From NCBI RefSeq assembly GCF_009914755.1, contig NC_060945.1: a stretch of DNA of 64,000 bases; one strand, 5' to 3'. How positions within the stretch are numbered: position 1 is the first letter of the stretch; every line of letters begins with the position of its first letter. The stretch comes from the human T2T-CHM13v2.0 reference genome, Homo sapiens. The notes beneath the pieces are model-generated. The model searched no databases. It was not told the origin of the DNA and worked only from the letters and a program-made list of their open reading frames with translations. Below, piece by piece: positions 14,121 to 26,376 of this stretch. A program made the position numbers and the translations under genes.

Positions 14121-15038
14121 GGTGTGGTTGGAACTCCAGGTGGGGCTTGCTCCACTCTATCCTGGGTGCTCATGCCCCAGATCTCTGTGTGCTCAAGGAG
14201 CGTTGGCAGCATCCTGACCCGCCCTGCTCACATGCCCCATCCCTGCTTTCCCCTGTCAGTGGGTTGCAGGCCCATGATCCCGCCAGGCCTGTCCATCTGT
14301 CCCTGTGTCGCAGACAGTGCCAACCTTCCCTGATGTTTGTGTCTCCCGCCTGAGGCCTGCCTGTGTTTCCAGTGTCTTCCACCACGGCATTCAGGATGTG
14401 GAGGACAGTGACCCGCGTGTGGCTCCCATGGCTGGCCTGGCTGGTCTGGAAAGCATGCGTTCTGCTTTCCTGGCCAGATCGTCTTTTCATGTGCTTATTT
14501 GCCATCTGTATATTTTCTTTGAAGTACCTGATCAAATATTTTGCTCATTTTAAAAACTGGGTTGTTTATTTTCTTATTGAGCTTTGAGAATTTTTTCTGT
14601 ATATATTCTGGATACAGTCTTTTATGGGGTATGTGTTTTGCAAATATTTTCTCTCAGTCTGTAGCCTGACTTTTCATTTTTATAACAGTGACTTGAAGAT
14701 GAAAAGTTTTAAAATTTGGTAACCTCCAACATCAGTTTTTTCTTTTGTAGTTCATGCCTTTTGTATCATGCTTAAGAATTCTTTGTTAAATTGAAGGTCT
14801 TTAAGATTTTATCTTATTCATTCTTCTATAAGCTTTATAGTTTTGACTATTACATTTAAGTCTATGATCCATTTTGAATTAACTCTATATTGGATGCAAA
14901 GAAAATGTCAAGGTTCTTATTTTTCTTGTTTTTAAAAATACAATGTCCAGTTGTTCCAGCACCATTTCTTGAAAAGATTATCTGTTCCTCATTAAGTTGC
15001 CTGGGAAGCTTTGTCAAAATCACTTGTTCATATGTGTG

Positions 15039-15577
15039 TGTTTTCAGGATATCTGGGATTTGTTTTAATACAGTGTGCTAAGACATGAGACATAGAAATG
15101 ACTGTCATGAAGGAAGAAAGTGTTTGTACCCACAGCTCCCTGGAAGCAGGAGCACGGCTGCCAGGCAGGGCCACATGGGAAGCACCGGGTAGGTCAAGAG
15201 GCAGAGAGAGCAAGGGGACAATGTGGGCAGGGAAAGCCTCACTGTGGTCTCCACAGGAGGAATGGGTGAGGCAGGGGGAGCAGGCTTAGGAGTGGCACTT
15301 TGAATCATTTCAGCAGGCCCTTGGGTGTAGGGTCTGTCCCTAGTTGTCTGGTGCCTGGCCTTGGGTGATTGGGGCAGGTGGGGAGTGGCCCCATGTGAGA
15401 GGAGGTGGTTGGGGTGTGGGCTCTGGATTGGTGGGTTTGTATTTGAAAGGTACACTCCAGGATGGGTTGTTTGCTATTTCTAGGAATTGGCTAACGCTGG
15501 GAGGGCAGTCCCTCCAGGTCAGCAAGCCCTGGATGTCAAAGCATCAGACACAGAAAAGGAAAAACATGGTTAATACT
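15039..15577 (-). mobile_element. ERVL-class solo LTR (MER54-like)
   Basis: TG start, ends ...ggttaatact; 5-bp TSD GTGTG (15034-15038, 15578-15582) interrupting L1. Family name and orientation from memory. Confidence 0.65.
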
Positions 15578-17489
15578 GTGTGCAGACTATTTCTGGACTG
15601 TATTCTATTCCATGGGTCAATTTATTTATCTTTATAACTAGCTTTATAATAAATCTTGAAATCGGGCAGTATAAGCCCTCCCATTTTGTTCTCTTTTTCA
15701 AAGTTCTTTGGCTGGTTTATTTCCTCGGTATCTTCATACAAATTCTAGAATTAGATTAGTTCAGCTTTTGGTTGGGGTTGCACTGAATTGATAGATCACT
15801 TGTGGAGGTTGGTATCTTGTTAAAGGAAGTGCTTGGAGGGTACGGTCTAACTTTGTTCCTGAATTTAGGGGTAAACATTCAGTTTTCACCCTTGTGTATA
15901 CTGCTAGCTGTATGTTTCAACTGGAGGTCCTTTATCAGGTTCAGAAAGAGTCCTTAAATTCCCAGGTTGCTGAGGATTTTTATCATGAGTTAATACTGAA
16001 TTTTGTCAAATGTTGTCTCTGTATCTATTGAGATGATCATATGGTGTTTCTTTTTTGTTTATATGGTGAATTACATTGATAGCTTTAAAAAACAATAGTA
16101 AGCCAGTTGCATTTCTGGGTTAAAACCCACTTTATCTGCATGTATTTATTTTATATTGTTGGATTTTTATATGCTAAAATTTAAGAATTTTGGCATCTAT
16201 ATTTCTGAGGAATATTGATGTCTTTTCTTATGTGTATTTTTCTGATTTTTTATCATGTTAATGCTTGCCTTATAGAATGAATTGGGAAGTATTCTCTCAT
16301 CTTCAGTTTTCTAGATGAGTTAGTAAGAAATTGATATTATTTCTTCCTTGTATATTTTATTTTATAGAATTCACCTGCAAAGTCATCTCGGTCAGCACTT
16401 TTCTTTGTGGGAAGGTTTTATCTTGAATGCAGTTTCTTTGGTATGTATATAGGATTATTTAATTCTCCTTAAGTGAGTTTTGATTATTTGATTCTTGTAA
16501 GAACTTGCTCCATCTAAGTTAGCAGATTTACTGACATGCAGTAGTTCATAGCATCCGCTTATTGTATTTATTTATTTATTGAGGTGAAATTCACTTAAAA
16601 TGCAATTAAAGTGCACTTAAAATGCAATTAAAGTACACCAAATTAAAGTGTACAATTTGGTGCATTCAGAATGTTGTACAACCAGTACCCAGTTTCAAGA
16701 CTTTTTCAAAACTTTTTTGTTACCACGAAGGAATACCTCCCACCCATTAAGTAATCACTCCTGGTCTCCCCCTGTCCTTATGCCCTGGAAACCACTAACC
16801 TGCTTTTTGTCTCTATGGACTTGCCTGTTCTAGATATTTCATCTGAAGAAATAATGCAATATATAACCTTTTACGTCTGGGTTCTTTCACTTAGCCCCGC
16901 TTGGAGGTTCATCTGTAACACGTGCTGTACTTCATTCCTTTTGATGTCTGCAGAATACTCCACTGATGCCTGTACCAGATGTGTTTATCCATTCATTTGC
17001 TGATGGACATTTGGGTTGTTTCCCCGTGTTGGCTATTATGAATAGCACTGTTATGAACAAGTATCTGCTTACATGTGTATTTTTAATTCTTTTGGGTCTG
17101 TACCTAGGAGGGAAGTTGCTGTCCTATGGTGATTCTATGTTTAACTTTTTGAGGAACTGCCAGACTGTTTTCCACCCTAGCAGCACCATTTTTCATTTCC
17201 ACCAGCGATGTATGAGGTTGCCTGTTTCTCCAGGTCCTCACCAACACTTCTGTTAGACTTTTTTGATTATAGCCATTCTGGTGTGAAGTGGTATCACATT
17301 GTGGTTTGACCTAATTGTCTTCATAATATCTTTTGTGTCTGTATAATGTTCTATTTCTCATTCTTGATATTGGTAATTTGGGCCTTCTACCTTTTTTCTT
17401 GGTCAGTGCAACTAGATATTTATCAATATTATGTGCCTTATTAAAGAACCAACTTTCGGTTTTATTAATTTTCTGTATTTTTTACTTCT

Positions 17490-17718
17490 ATTTATATATT
17501 TTTAGAGACAGAGGCTTGCTCTGTAACCTTGAACTTCTTGGCTCACGTGATCTTCCTGCCTCTGCCTCTCAAGTAGCTAGGATTACAGGGATGTTCCACC
17601 ATCTACCATGCCTGGTTAATGTAAAAAAATTTTTTTGTAGAGAGTAGGTCTTGCTATGTTGCCCAGGCTGGTCTCAAACTCCTGGCTTCAAGTGATCTTC
17701 CCACTTTAGTCTCCTGAA
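17490..17718 (-). mobile_element. Partial AluJ
   Basis: gagacagaggcttgctctgt...gcccaggctggtctcaaactcctgg. Confidence 0.85.
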
Positions 17719-18866
17719 GCAAGTATTTTTAAAATGGCTTTTCAGCTTATAGATTTTTATTCTTTATTTCCTTTCTTCTGCTTGTTTTGCTCTGTTTTAG
17801 TAAGCTTAGGTAATGGATTTGAGACCTTTTATTTCCCTAATATAATCATTTAGTGCTGTTGATTTCCCTCTTGGTACTGCTTTTACTGCCTCCCACATAT
17901 TTTGATATGTAGTGTTTTCATTTTTATTCAGGTCAAAATGCTTTCTTATTTCCATTGTGTTTTTTCTTTGACCCATATGTTATTTAGACATGTGCTGTTT
18001 ATTTTCCAAGTATTTGGAAAACTTCCCAAATACTTTTTTGTTCCTGTTTTCTAATTTAATTGATTTCTAATTTAATTCCATTGTGGTCAGGAAACATTTT
18101 TTTTATTCCTTTACAGTTTTATTGAAATTTAAAAAAAATTTTCAGAATATTACCTTTGAAAATATCTCATGACCACTTGAAAAGAAGGCATATTCTGTTA
18201 TAATTGTGTGGAGTGTTCTATAAATGTCAGTTAAATAATGTTGGATGATAATGTTATTTGAGTCTCCTATATCCCGTACTGATCTTCTGTGTAGGTTTTT
18301 ACAAAATCAGTTATTGAAAGAGAAGTGTAGAAAGCTTCCATTATAATTGTGGATTTATCTATTTGGTGGGGGGTTGCTTTATATATTTTTAAGCTCTTTA
18401 TTAGGTGTGTGAACGTTTAGGGTTATTATTTTCTCTTGATAAACTGACCCCTTAATTATTATATAATGTCCTTATTTACTTGTGGTAATATTATGTACCC
18501 TGAAATCTACTTTTTCTGATATTAAGATAGTCACTCCACCTTTTTTTTATTAGAGTTAACATGTCACATTTTTTCCCATCCTTTTTCTTTTAACCTCTGT
18601 GTATGTTTATATTTAAAGTGGGTTTCTTACAAATAGCTTATAGCGTGGTCTTGTTTTTTTATCAAGTCTTAAAAGGTACATTTTAATTGGGATGTTGAGA
18701 CCATTCATATTTAATGTGATTATTGATATGGTTGGGTATAAATCTGTCATTTTGCTGTTGGATTTCTATTTTTCCCACTTGTTATTAGAGTCCCCTTTTT
18801 TCTCTCATTCTCCTTTATTTTGGATTGAGTACTTTCTATGATCAGTTTTATTACCTTTACTAGCTT

Positions 18867-19352
18867 TGTTGCCCACACAATGGGTGGGTTCAATTGCTTG
18901 GCCACCAATAGTACAATGAGCTCAACCAAGGAGGATTTAACAAGGGAATCTAAAATTGCAGCAAGTAAGGAGGACACCAGGGATAAATCTCCAAAGCAAC
19001 GCCTCCCTGAACAACGCTGAAAACACCGTTTTTAGGCTCGTTAGCTGAATCATTGTGTGTAGAAGGTACAGTCAAGGCAGCACAGGCACAGTTGTCAGTC
19101 ATGCTTCTACATACATCACAGGTATACAAGATGGCAAATAAGCTCTTCTCTGGGCGGAGTTTTTAGTGTGGTAATGAGGAGAGTTTGCCAAAGTTCATCT
19201 CCAACTGAGGCCTCTCTGGATCTAACTGGCTTTTGTTTCACCAGCACTGGGCTTCTTCCTGGAACTTTTCTTAAACAACAACTCAAGATGCAACAGTTAA
19301 AGTGGATACTTTTTACAGTATATGCCTGAAAACCTGAGGACATTGGGTTGCA
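18867..19352. mobile_element. ERV1-class solo LTR (family not assigned)
   Basis: TG...CA termini, 486 bp, 4-bp TSD GCTT (18863-18866, 19353-19356), inserted in L1. Confidence 0.7.
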
Positions 19353-19984
19353 GCTTATTAGCTTTATCTCTGTGTTTTCAGAGGTTGCTTTAGGATTTGT
19401 TGTATATTTCCTTAAGCTACCATAGTCATCTGCAAGTAATATCATACCAGTTCACATATAATGTAAGAACATTACCAAAGTATACCCTCTCACTTCTGGC
19501 TATTACATTATGCCCTTATCTCCTCACTTCGATATTGTCATAAGCCCCACAATGCATTGCCTTTTTTTTTTTCTTTTGCTTTACATAGTCTATTATCTTT
19601 GAAAGCAATCTTAAAAAATTAAGAACAAAAGGCTTTTATATTTTACATATTTTCTGTTTCAATGGTTTTCACTTCTTTTTGTAGATCCAGATTTCCTTCT
19701 GGTATTATTTTCCTTTTGTATTTTGTACTTCTTTTAATATTATTTGCAGTTCAGGTATGTTGGATAATGAATTATTTTAGCTTTTGTTTGTTAGAAAAAA
19801 TCTTCTTTTTACTTTTATATTTGAAAGTTATTTTTACTATGTATAGTATTCCAGGTTGGTAGCCTTTTCTTTCATTACTTTAGAGATAGAATTCAATTGG
19901 CTCCTGACTTGCACTGTTTCTGAAAAGTTCTCTGTTCACCCTGTCTGTGCTTGTCTCTTTGTACATAGTTTCCTATTTTAAAAA

Positions 19985-20165
19985 ATTAATTATATTGTGT
20001 ATATCTAAGGTACACAATATAATGTTATAAAATACAGATAATAAAAAGGTTCCTGTAGTGAAGCAAATTAACATACCCATCATCTCACATAGGTACCCAG
20101 TTTTGATTTGTTTTGTTTTTCTGTGGCAAGAGCAGCAAATGAGTAGATTTTAGCTGCTCTTGCCA
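19985..20165 (-). mobile_element. Short L1MA 3' end with a small inverted segment
   Basis: gtagtgaagcaaattaacatacccatcatctcacatag antisense L1MA terminus; the plus-oriented piece gtagattttagctgctcttgcca follows. Confidence 0.7.
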
Positions 20166-20348
20166 TAATGTTTCTTTTTTACTGGCTGCCTTTACGATTT
20201 TTTTTTTTTTTACATAATTTGATTATGACGTGCCTTGGTTTAGTTTAATGTTATTTATTTATTTATTTATTTGTGGTTGGGGATTGTTGACCTTTCTGAA
20301 TCTATGTATGGGCTTAAATTTTCATCCATTTTTGAAAACTTTTTGTAA

Positions 20349-20625
20349 TTTTTTTTGTCTGTTTTAGAGACAAGGCCTCGTTCTGTCACCCAGGCTGGAG
20401 TGCAGTGATGCAATCACAGTTCAGAGTAGACTTGAATTCCTGGGCTCAGGTAATCCTCCAACCTCAGCCTCCTGAGTAGCTGGACTACAGGTGTGTGCCA
20501 CCATGCCTGGCTGATTTTAAAAATGTTTTTGTATAGATGGAGTCTCACTGTGTTGTCCAGGCTGGTCTCAAACTCCTGGGCTCTCAGAGTGCTGGGATTA
20601 CAGGCTTGAGCCACTCTGCCCTGCC
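20349..20625 (-). mobile_element. AluJ (internally deleted)
   Basis: gagacaaggcctcgttctgtcacccaggctggagtgcag...ttacaggcttgagccact. Confidence 0.88.
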
Positions 20626-20892
20626 TTTTGTCATTATTTTTTAAAATATGTTTTTGGCTTGTCCCATCCCCTGCTTCTGGGTCTCCAATTACACATATAT
20701 TTTTGTCTTTTGGGAGTAGAGAATCTTTATCTGTGTTTTATTTTAGGTAGTTTCTGTCTGCACAGATTATTCTGTCTGTACATTGACTGATCTTTTCTTT
20801 TGTGGTCTAATATGGTGTTAATCCCAGTCAGTATATTTTTTTAAATCTCAGATGTATTTTTCATCTCTGCATGCTTGATTTGTGTGTTTTAA

Positions 20893-21558
<666 letters not shown>

Positions 21559-21559
21559 G

Positions 21560-22480
21560 TATAATAGCTGTTTTAATGTCTTTGTGTACTAATGATCTCT
21601 GTGTGTATAATTTCTGAGTTTGTATCTTACTGATCAACCAATCTCATTATGAGATATATTTTTGTGCTTCTTTGCATGCCTCGTCAGTTTTGGACGGATG
21701 AAAGACATCGTAAACTTTGTATTGTTGGACTCTGCATTCTTTTAAAATATTTTGAACTATGTTTTGGAATGCATTTAAGTTACTTGGAAAGTTCAGATTT
21801 TTTGGCAGCTTGTTGCTGACTTTGTTAAGCATTGCCTAGTGTAGTACCCCAGCTTAGTCTGCTGCCAGTGCAGTCATTTGAGTGCTCAGTGTGGTGTCCC
21901 CTGTACTGCAAGGCTCCTGCAGCCTAGTTGTTGGGAGTAGGAACTCTTCCCAGATCTGTGTGAGCCATAGCTATTGTCTGTACTTTTTCTTTTCATTGGT
22001 TCTTCCCCCGACCTCCTGTAGTCCACTCACTCACATGTGCCCATCCATGTCCAGGCAGAGACTAGAGAATCCACCACAGACCTCTGGGATGTTTCTCTGT
22101 GCAGGGCATTCCTTTCTGGTACTCTGCCCTCTAATTCTAGCTTTTGCCTCCTGTGCTGTGGGGTCCTGAGTGCAGTGCATCCTGATGAGACGGTGCTGCA
22201 GGCCCAGCCCACCGACTTCCAGAGATGTCAGTTGCATCTCTCCCCTTTCCTCTCTGCCTTTGCCTCCCTGAATTCTCAACTCCGTTTCCAACTCCCCTGG
22301 CCTTGCCTGGGTTCCCCCTTCCTGTGCTGTGGCCCAGGCACTCTCCCCAGGCTGTAGGCTGCAGCAATTGTAGGATGCAACCCATTTGCTTCCCTTCTCT
22401 GGGGATCGTTGTCCTGTGCTGCCTGCTGCTCCATGTCTGAACACCCTCGTCTCATATCTTTTGTCTGACTTTTAAGTGAG
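21560..22480 (-). mobile_element. L1M 5'-region fragment, antisense
   Basis: tctggtactctgccct...caattgtagg...ttcccttctctggggatc..gtcctgtgctgcctgctgctcc. Confidence 0.6.
22154..22236 (+). repeat. 83-bp dispersed direct repeat, copy A (copy B at 24122-24204)
   Basis: 72/83 identity by manual alignment. Confidence 0.9.
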
Positions 22481-23084
22481 GTGGGAGAGTCACCCCAGTC
22501 TCACTCTTTCTCTGTCACAGCTGACCATGGTCCAGGCTTTCTTATGTTTCTGTAGTCTTTGGACATCACTGGACAGAGGCCGGCTGTCTGTCTGTAGGAG
22601 TCTCTGCGCGGTGTTCACCTGCTAATTCAGTCTGCACAGGGAGAACCCTTGGCCTGTGGTCCAGGTGAAGGCCCTTCAGGGTGGAGCCGAGACTGTGGGT
22701 GTTCTGGGCTGTCCCGTCCCGTATACTCTCCCTGTGTTCTTACCTTCCCCTATAGATTCAGAGGGATTTGAGAATCAGCTGTGCCCCAGACGTCAGTCAG
22801 GCCGAGGACTGTGGGTCAAGGTTCAGGGACCCTGGGGTTCTGAGTCTTTATCAGTGTCGTGTATGTTCCAGACTCAGTTTAGAATTGAATCACTTTTTAT
22901 GGAATTCTTTCTCTGGGAAACTGTCTTTGACCTTCCCAATAACTGATTTATAAACATGTCTTTTTAATAGATGACTTTGGTTTGATAAAATTTGGTATCT
23001 AAGGTGATAGATTGTGATTTCTGTCTCTCTTTGGAAAGCCTATGATTTCCAATTTTAATTGTTTTTTCCTTCAACTGTTTACAG

Positions 23085-23122
23085 GACTGTCTACGAGAGA
23101 GAAGCTCCCCACGTGGTTCCGT
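23085..23122 (+). other. PCBP3: 38-nt non-coding exon (putative PCBP3 exon 3)
   Basis: ttttttccttcaactgtttacAG|GACTGTCTACGAGAGAGAAGCTCCCCACGTGGTTCCGT|GTAAGT: polypyrimidine tract, CAG acceptor and consensus GTAAGT donor in unique sequence. A second GT lies 2 nt upstream of the donor. Confidence 0.8.
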
Positions 23123-24121
23123 GTAAGTAGTGCTTCTTATGATGCTGTCACAGGCGATATTTTTAGACTAAACGACTCTTTCGGTGTCAGCAGAGTTGAA
23201 AGTCTTGCTCTCAAGGGAAGCTGTGTGTCTCTGCTGACCCTCTGGATCCTGGTTTTATGTCTCATGGGGAACCTGCCTCAGGTCACACTACTGCCAAGAG
23301 CATGTAGTGTGAGTGACACGCGTTTTCCCTTCTTGCTTCTGTGGAACCAAAATTTTAAAAGAGGCAGTTTCCTCCCTCTCTGGTAACCTTTCTCCACAGT
23401 TAACCTGACCATGTAGACCAGCAGGAGCTGGAGGGCCAGTTGTTAGTGCACTTGGAGCCTACTGCACGAGCCTACCGCACAAGCCTACCGCACGCCTTTG
23501 TTCTTGTGCCAACAGTGCCCACTGCCCGGTAGTGCCTGTGTGTGCGGTGGCCATGATGGCACCACAATGTCTGAAGCCACACAGTGCATGGGTGACATCT
23601 GTGGAAAGGACCTGGCACCGGCCAGCACACAGAGGCACTCACCTGTCTCACACAATGCACTGTGGTCCCAATTCTAGTTTTGTAAAACTACCTTGAGATG
23701 ACTCCTTTTAAAATTATCCTTAAGATGTCTTTCTTTTTCTAAAGCTTATTAAAGGTCATTTTCAAAACGTTTTCAGCAGGAACTTGGTGTATATTTGCAG
23801 TTCTGCATGGAAAACTAATGTAGTCATGATGGCTGCTGATGCTGATGAAGTAGTACCAGCCAGCCTGATTTCATAACTTCCATAGAATCACTCCCTTCTT
23901 CCTCCCAGTGCCCCTTTGAGATAGGGATTGTTATTCCCTGAGGCTTGGCGAGGTGAAGTAACTCACTCAGGTTATCTTGGTGCCAGTGGTGGGGCTGGGA
24001 TTTGAGCCAAGTCTTCCAACTTCACAATAGCAGAGTAAGAAGAGCTGCCTTGTTGATGGGACGTGGGTCGGAGCTCCCAGTGTGTCTTGCCTTCCTGGTG
24101 TGCTTGATGGCAGCCCTGGGC

Positions 24122-24204
24122 TGCTGTGAGGTCCTGAGCACAGTGCATCCTGAGGAGACAGTGCTGCGGGCCCCGCCTACTAACTTCCAGAGATGTCAGC
24201 TGCA
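24122..24204 (+). repeat. 83-bp dispersed direct repeat, copy B
   Basis: tgctgtgaggtcctgagcacagtgcatcctgaggagacagtgctgc...acttccagagatgtcagctgca. Confidence 0.9.
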
Positions 24205-24224
24205 GCAGGGCAGCGCCCTGGTTA

Positions 24225-24315
24225 GAGAGACGGCATGGGGAGTTGGCAGGGGGAGGCCCTCGGAGAGATGGCATGGGGAGTTGGCAGGGGGAGGCTCTCG
24301 GAGAGATGGCATGGA
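24225..24315. repeat. G-rich ~38-bp tandem repeat x~2.4
   Basis: gagaga(c/t)ggcatggggagttggcagggggaggc(c/t)ctcg repeated. Confidence 0.88.
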
Positions 24316-25884
24316 GGGGTTGGGGCCTGTGCTCCTAGGTGCTTAGGCTTGCAGGTGACTGGAATCCTGACTAATATCATAAGAGGAGAGTTCTTACTAA
24401 CAAATTACTTGAACAAAGACTTTGTTTGTTCCTTCATTCGTTCAGCACATGTTTACAGTGTGCCTGTGATGTCCCAGGCGCACTGCCAGAATCCTGACAT
24501 CCTTGTGGGGGGATCGAAAACATAAATCTAGTCAGTGAGTTCATCCTGTGGCATGTCAGGGGGTGACAGTGGCTGTGGAGGAAACAGGGAAGGGCAGGGT
24601 GTGGGAGTCCTGGTGCTGTGTGAATAGGCCGTCAGGTCAGCCCTGAGACACGGGGCATCTGCGCGAGTCTTGCTGGAGGTGCACGTGTGAGCCCCTTGGT
24701 GCAGGAGGTGAGGAGCTGCAGGGCCAAGGGGGTTTGGAGCAGAAGCTCGGGTCTGACATGCCTGGTGCATCCATGGGGCAGTGAGGAGGCTGCGGGGCAG
24801 GAGGTGAGAGTGCCGCGGGTTAGGAGGTGAGAGTGCAGCTGGGGCACATCAGGGGTCTCACAGGTCATCCCGAGGCTGCTCTCAGTCCACGTGGCGTCGG
24901 GGCTGAGAGGAGCCCACAGCAGGGTGGGTGTGGGAGCAGGGAGCCAGCCAGTCTCTTCTCTGTGCTAGGTTATTGTTGTGGCTTTAGCTAAAGCTGCTGT
25001 AATACCTGTTTCTTAGAGGAATCCAAATCCCTGTTGCCTTGGGGCCAACTTTGTAATCTTACAAATCTGGATCTAATTTTCACCAAACTCTCAAGGGAAG
25101 AGCCTCTGGGACTCAGACAGATAAACAACACCTGTTATGTGCTGTTCCCATTTTCTCTTCGACTTTGGTGTTGTCCAAATTCTTCTGAGCCTAACTGTAG
25201 GCTCTTCAGACCCAGCCTACAGTTCTGGAAATAAACCAGCGTGCTGGGGTGGGGCGAGCCCGACCATGCAAGCCATGCCCCGGCAGCCAGGCTGAGAGGC
25301 AGAGCAAGCAGTGCAGGTGGACCCATCGCCTGCCAGCATGTGGGTTCTGGAGGCTGCAGCAGGCAGATTCTGGAAATTCCCTGAGGCCTTCGTTCAGTAC
25401 AGACAGGGAACTTTTATAGGTACCTGTGGCCTCTTCTGCTGGTGGGAATGGAGGTGCCATGAGCACTGAGCTGGTTGGAACAGAAGGGCTCTCCTCTCGT
25501 GGGCTGTGTCGAGTGAGTCCTGCAGCTTCTCGCTGTGAGATTCTGGGGTGCCATGATGAAGCAGAGCGGAGCTCATCTGAGTGGATGTTTCCCAGGGGAG
25601 CCAGTAGTTTTGGAAGCACTTGGTTTTTCCATTCCCATGTCTTGGAGGACTCTTCCCCCTTCCTGAGAGAGAGCGATGAATGTAGGCCTCCATGGAGAAG
25701 CACAGGTGCCTTCCCTGGGCTGTGTGTGGTCCGTGCAGACCTCTCAGGTCCACTTCATTTTGCAGGTAAGGACCCATCTCCCATAGCTGGTTAGTGCCAG
25801 AGCCCACTCCTAGCCCCATGTAGGGGCTGTTTTTCAGCTACAGCAAGATCAGGAAATAAGAAGTAGTAATGAATACTTCATTGA

Positions 25885-26246
<362 letters not shown>

Positions 26247-26376
26247 TAGAGTTTTTTGCTTTCCGTAAGATAACAATTTTCCTTATAGAACTGAAAAATA
26301 TGAAAAACAATTTAAAAATTCACCTATGCTTAGCCTTAGTGCAGAGAGCAGCTGAAGGGTATCAGGGGATTGTCCT

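Larger units (their letters stand above)
14480..19950 (-). mobile_element. Fragmented antisense L1M with nested insertions (two LTRs, younger L1MB 3' end at about 16575-17310, AluJ)
   Basis: Antisense L1 motifs resume on either side of each nested insertion. Confidence 0.8.

Noticed and set aside
14373-14460. Possible exon after tgtttccAG (VFHHGIQDVEDSDPRV...)
   Set aside because: No convincing donor site; it runs into L1 and I do not recognise the peptide.
23085-23122. Coding interpretation of the 38-nt exon
   Set aside because: All three frames are open but none matches a protein I recognise; the size fits a recalled 5'-UTR exon.
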